From the NCBI GenBank assembly GCA_950097015.1, contig CATNEN010000028.1:248001-312000 (forward strand): DNA of 64,000 nucleotides, read 5' to 3'. The stretch comes from Macrostomum hystrix. Its lineage: Eukaryota; Animalia; Platyhelminthes. Positions 61,601-64,000 of the stretch are shown here, one piece after another. How positions within the stretch are numbered: position 1 is the first letter of the stretch; each line of letters begins with the position of its first letter. The translations under genes were made by a program, and so were the position numbers. Below the pieces are notes generated by a model that was given only the letters and a program-made list of their open reading frames with translations, was not told the DNA's origin and searched no databases.

Positions 61601-63525
61601 TTCAGTGTGCTGTTATCCCCTGATCCTTCAGTGGGCTGTTATCCCCTGATCCTTCAGTGGGCTGTTATCCCCTGATCCTTCAGACAGTGGGCTGTTATCG
61701 CCTGATACTTCAGTGGGCTGTTATCCCCTGATCCTTCAGACAGTGGGCTGTTATCCCCTGATCCTTCAGACAGTGGGCTGTTATCCCCTGGTCCTTCAGA
61801 CAGTGTGCTGTTATCCCCTGGTCCTTCAGACAGTGGGCTGTTATCCCCTGATCCTTCAGACAGTGGGCTGTTATCCCCTGATCCTTCAGACTGTGGGCTG
61901 TTATCCCCTGGTCCTTCAGACAGTGGGCTGTTATCCCCTGATCCTTCAGACAGTGGGCTGTTATCCCCTGATCCTTCAGACTGTGGGCTGTTATCCCCTG
62001 GTCCTTCAGACAGTGTGCTGTTATCCCCTGGTCCTTCAGACAGTGGGCTGTTATCCCCTGATCCTTCAGACAGTGGGCTGTTATCCCCTGATCCTTCAGA
62101 CTGTGGGCTGTTATCCTCTGATCCTTCAGACTGTGGGCTGTTATCCCCTGATCCTTCAGACTGTGGGCTGTTATCCCCTGATCCTTCAGACTGTGGGCTG
62201 TTATCCCCTGATCCTTCAGACTGTGGGCTGTTATCCCCTGATCCTTTAGACTGTGGGCTGTTATCCCCTGATCCTTCAGACTGTGGGCTGTTATCCCCTG
62301 ATCCTCAGACTGTGGGCTGTTATCCCCTGATCCTTCAGACTGTGGGCTGTTATCCCCTGATCCTTCAGACTGTGGGCTGTTATCCCCTGATCCTTCAGAC
62401 TGTGGGCTGTTATCCCCTGATCCTTCAGACTGTGGGCTGTTATCCCCTGATCCTTCAGACTGTGGGCTGTTATCATTCCATGGCTTGATTCCTCAGCTGT
62501 TGAGTGACTCAGGAAACATGCTATTACATAAATTTCTCAGTGAGTTCACGCGATTCACCTTTTATCTCCCTTTCAACTCCGATCTATTTCAGGTGCCGGC
62601 GAGTCGGGCAAGAGTACCATTGTTAAGCAGATGAAGTGAGTGCTATTGATTTTTTAGTTTTCTATATTGCTTCATCGATCTCGTCATGTAGGAATAATGC
62701 TTGGGGATTACCGACTCAGTCTTCGATTTCTTGTCGCTACGGATCACTAAGCGAAGAATGGTCATTGAAAATTGAAGAAAAGTTTTTTAGAAACACTAAA
62801 ACGAAAAAAAAATCAAAGCTACCTAATCCATTTTAAAACCTTTCTGAGCCCGGTATAGTAAACTGGGACATTTACCTGTTTAGTTCAGTTACCTGTTCTC
62901 AGGTTACTGAGGGTAACCTGACACTGAGGGTTACCTGACACTTAGGGTTGCCTGACACTGAGGGTTACCTGACACTGAGGGTTACCTGAGACTGAGTGTT
63001 ACCTGACACTGAGTGTTACCTGACACTGAGTGTTACCTGACACTGAGTGTTACCTGACACTGAGTGTTACCTGACACTGAGGGTAACCTGACACTGAGTG
63101 TTACCTGACACTGAGTGTTACCTGACACTGAGTGTTACCTGACACTGAGTGTTACCTGACACTGAGTGTTACCTGACACTGAGTGTTACCTGACACTGAG
63201 GGTAACCTGACACTGAGGGTTGTCTGACACAGAGTTACCTGACACCGAGGGTTGTCTGACACAGAGTTACCTGACGCGTGAAAATCTGACCCGTCATAAT
63301 TTAATACTAAAGAGAGCTTGTTAAGTTAATCGTTTTTACTAATTTATTCGCTAGCAAAATTGCATTCCCTTTGTTCACCAAAGAATCATTCACGAGGGCG
63401 GCTTCACCCAGGAGGACAACAAGCAGTACAAACCGGTGGTGTACAGTAACACCATCCAATCACTGGTGGCCATTCTGCGTGCGATGGGCACTTTGAGCAT
63501 CTCATACGGCGATCCGGACAGAGAG
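58647..63525 (+). CDS. GNAO1: Heterotrimeric G protein alpha-o subunit, exons 1-3 (58647-58764, 62593-62635, 63384-63525); gene continues beyond the window
   Basis: [40 protein letters not shown]|[14 protein letters not shown]|[34 protein letters not shown]; exon sizes 118/43/142 match the conserved Gi/o gene structure. Confidence 0.97.
58830..62475. repeat. Intronic minisatellite in G-alpha-o intron 1: 26-bp unit (gctgttatcccctgatccttcagtgg) grading into 30-bp units, ~3.6 kb
   Basis: Directly visible. Confidence 0.95.
62905..63275. repeat. Intronic minisatellite in G-alpha-o intron 2, 17-bp unit (actgagtgttacctgac)
   Basis: Directly visible. Confidence 0.92.
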
Positions 63526-64000
63526 GTGAGTGCGGTTTTAATGTTGTGTCTGTTTTCTTTTGGGAAACGGGATTCCCCACACGATAGTCTAAATATAGCA
63601 ACAAAAGTCTATCCTCTTTCTATCCTATTCGGTCTTGAAATATACATTTCTGGGTCACGCGCTTCTGCTCCAATGTGGTTTTAAAACTGGGTTTCTTGAC
63701 TAGATAATCTAAAAATAGCAGCCAATAATCTCCTTTTATTTCCCATATGACCTCGAAGTATTGATTTTTTTAAGTTATTCGCGCATTTGTGTTTCAGGGT
63801 GGTTTAAAAACGGCGATTCCTGACAAGAACGTCTAAAAATAGCAGCCAATCAACCCCCTCTGCTTTTCATTATGCCCGTGAAATATTGATTTATTTGAAG
63901 TTTGTCGGACGCCTGTTTTTCAGGGTGGTTTAGAAATGGGATTCCCCACAGAACATAAGTCAACCAACCCGACCTGTCAATCAATCAGGCGGACTCAAAA

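Noticed and set aside
1730-62488. Very long repetitive ORFs (e.g. 3219-4146, 22361-24147, 28454-29491, 30037-32409, 61713-62488)
   Set aside because: They are stop-free frames of tandem repeats, often open in several frames or on both strands, and many lie inside introns defined by flanking exons.

Overview
Eukaryotic (invertebrate metazoan) genomic DNA with spliceosomal introns, GC-rich Ala-rich exons and AT-rich intergenic DNA. The style resembles a flatworm such as Macrostomum, but that is inference only. About 18 kb (~28%, summed by eye) is minisatellite, in about 15 arrays with 14-170 bp units. The main finding is a head-to-head inverted pair of spliced ZAP/PARP12-family (ZC3HAV1-like) genes: A on - (10708-4807) and B on + (18241-27704). 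Each has three tandem ZAP-type zinc-finger RNA-binding modules, a CCCH-WWE-WWE module and no PARP catalytic domain, and they are built from near-identical and divergent half-modules in different combinations. Between them lie transposon relics (Merlin, Crypton-like, a foldback element, a PHD-finger fragment, SINEs), and B's first visible intron carries a Tc1. Further along are a single-TM low-complexity gene, an orphan spliced gene, a DEG/ENaC channel with non-canonical motifs, two RING-less B-box-like/coiled-coil/NHL genes, an intronless GT32 glycosyltransferase and exons 1-3 of G-alpha-o. All exon models were read by hand from splice signals and phase; no database searches were run.
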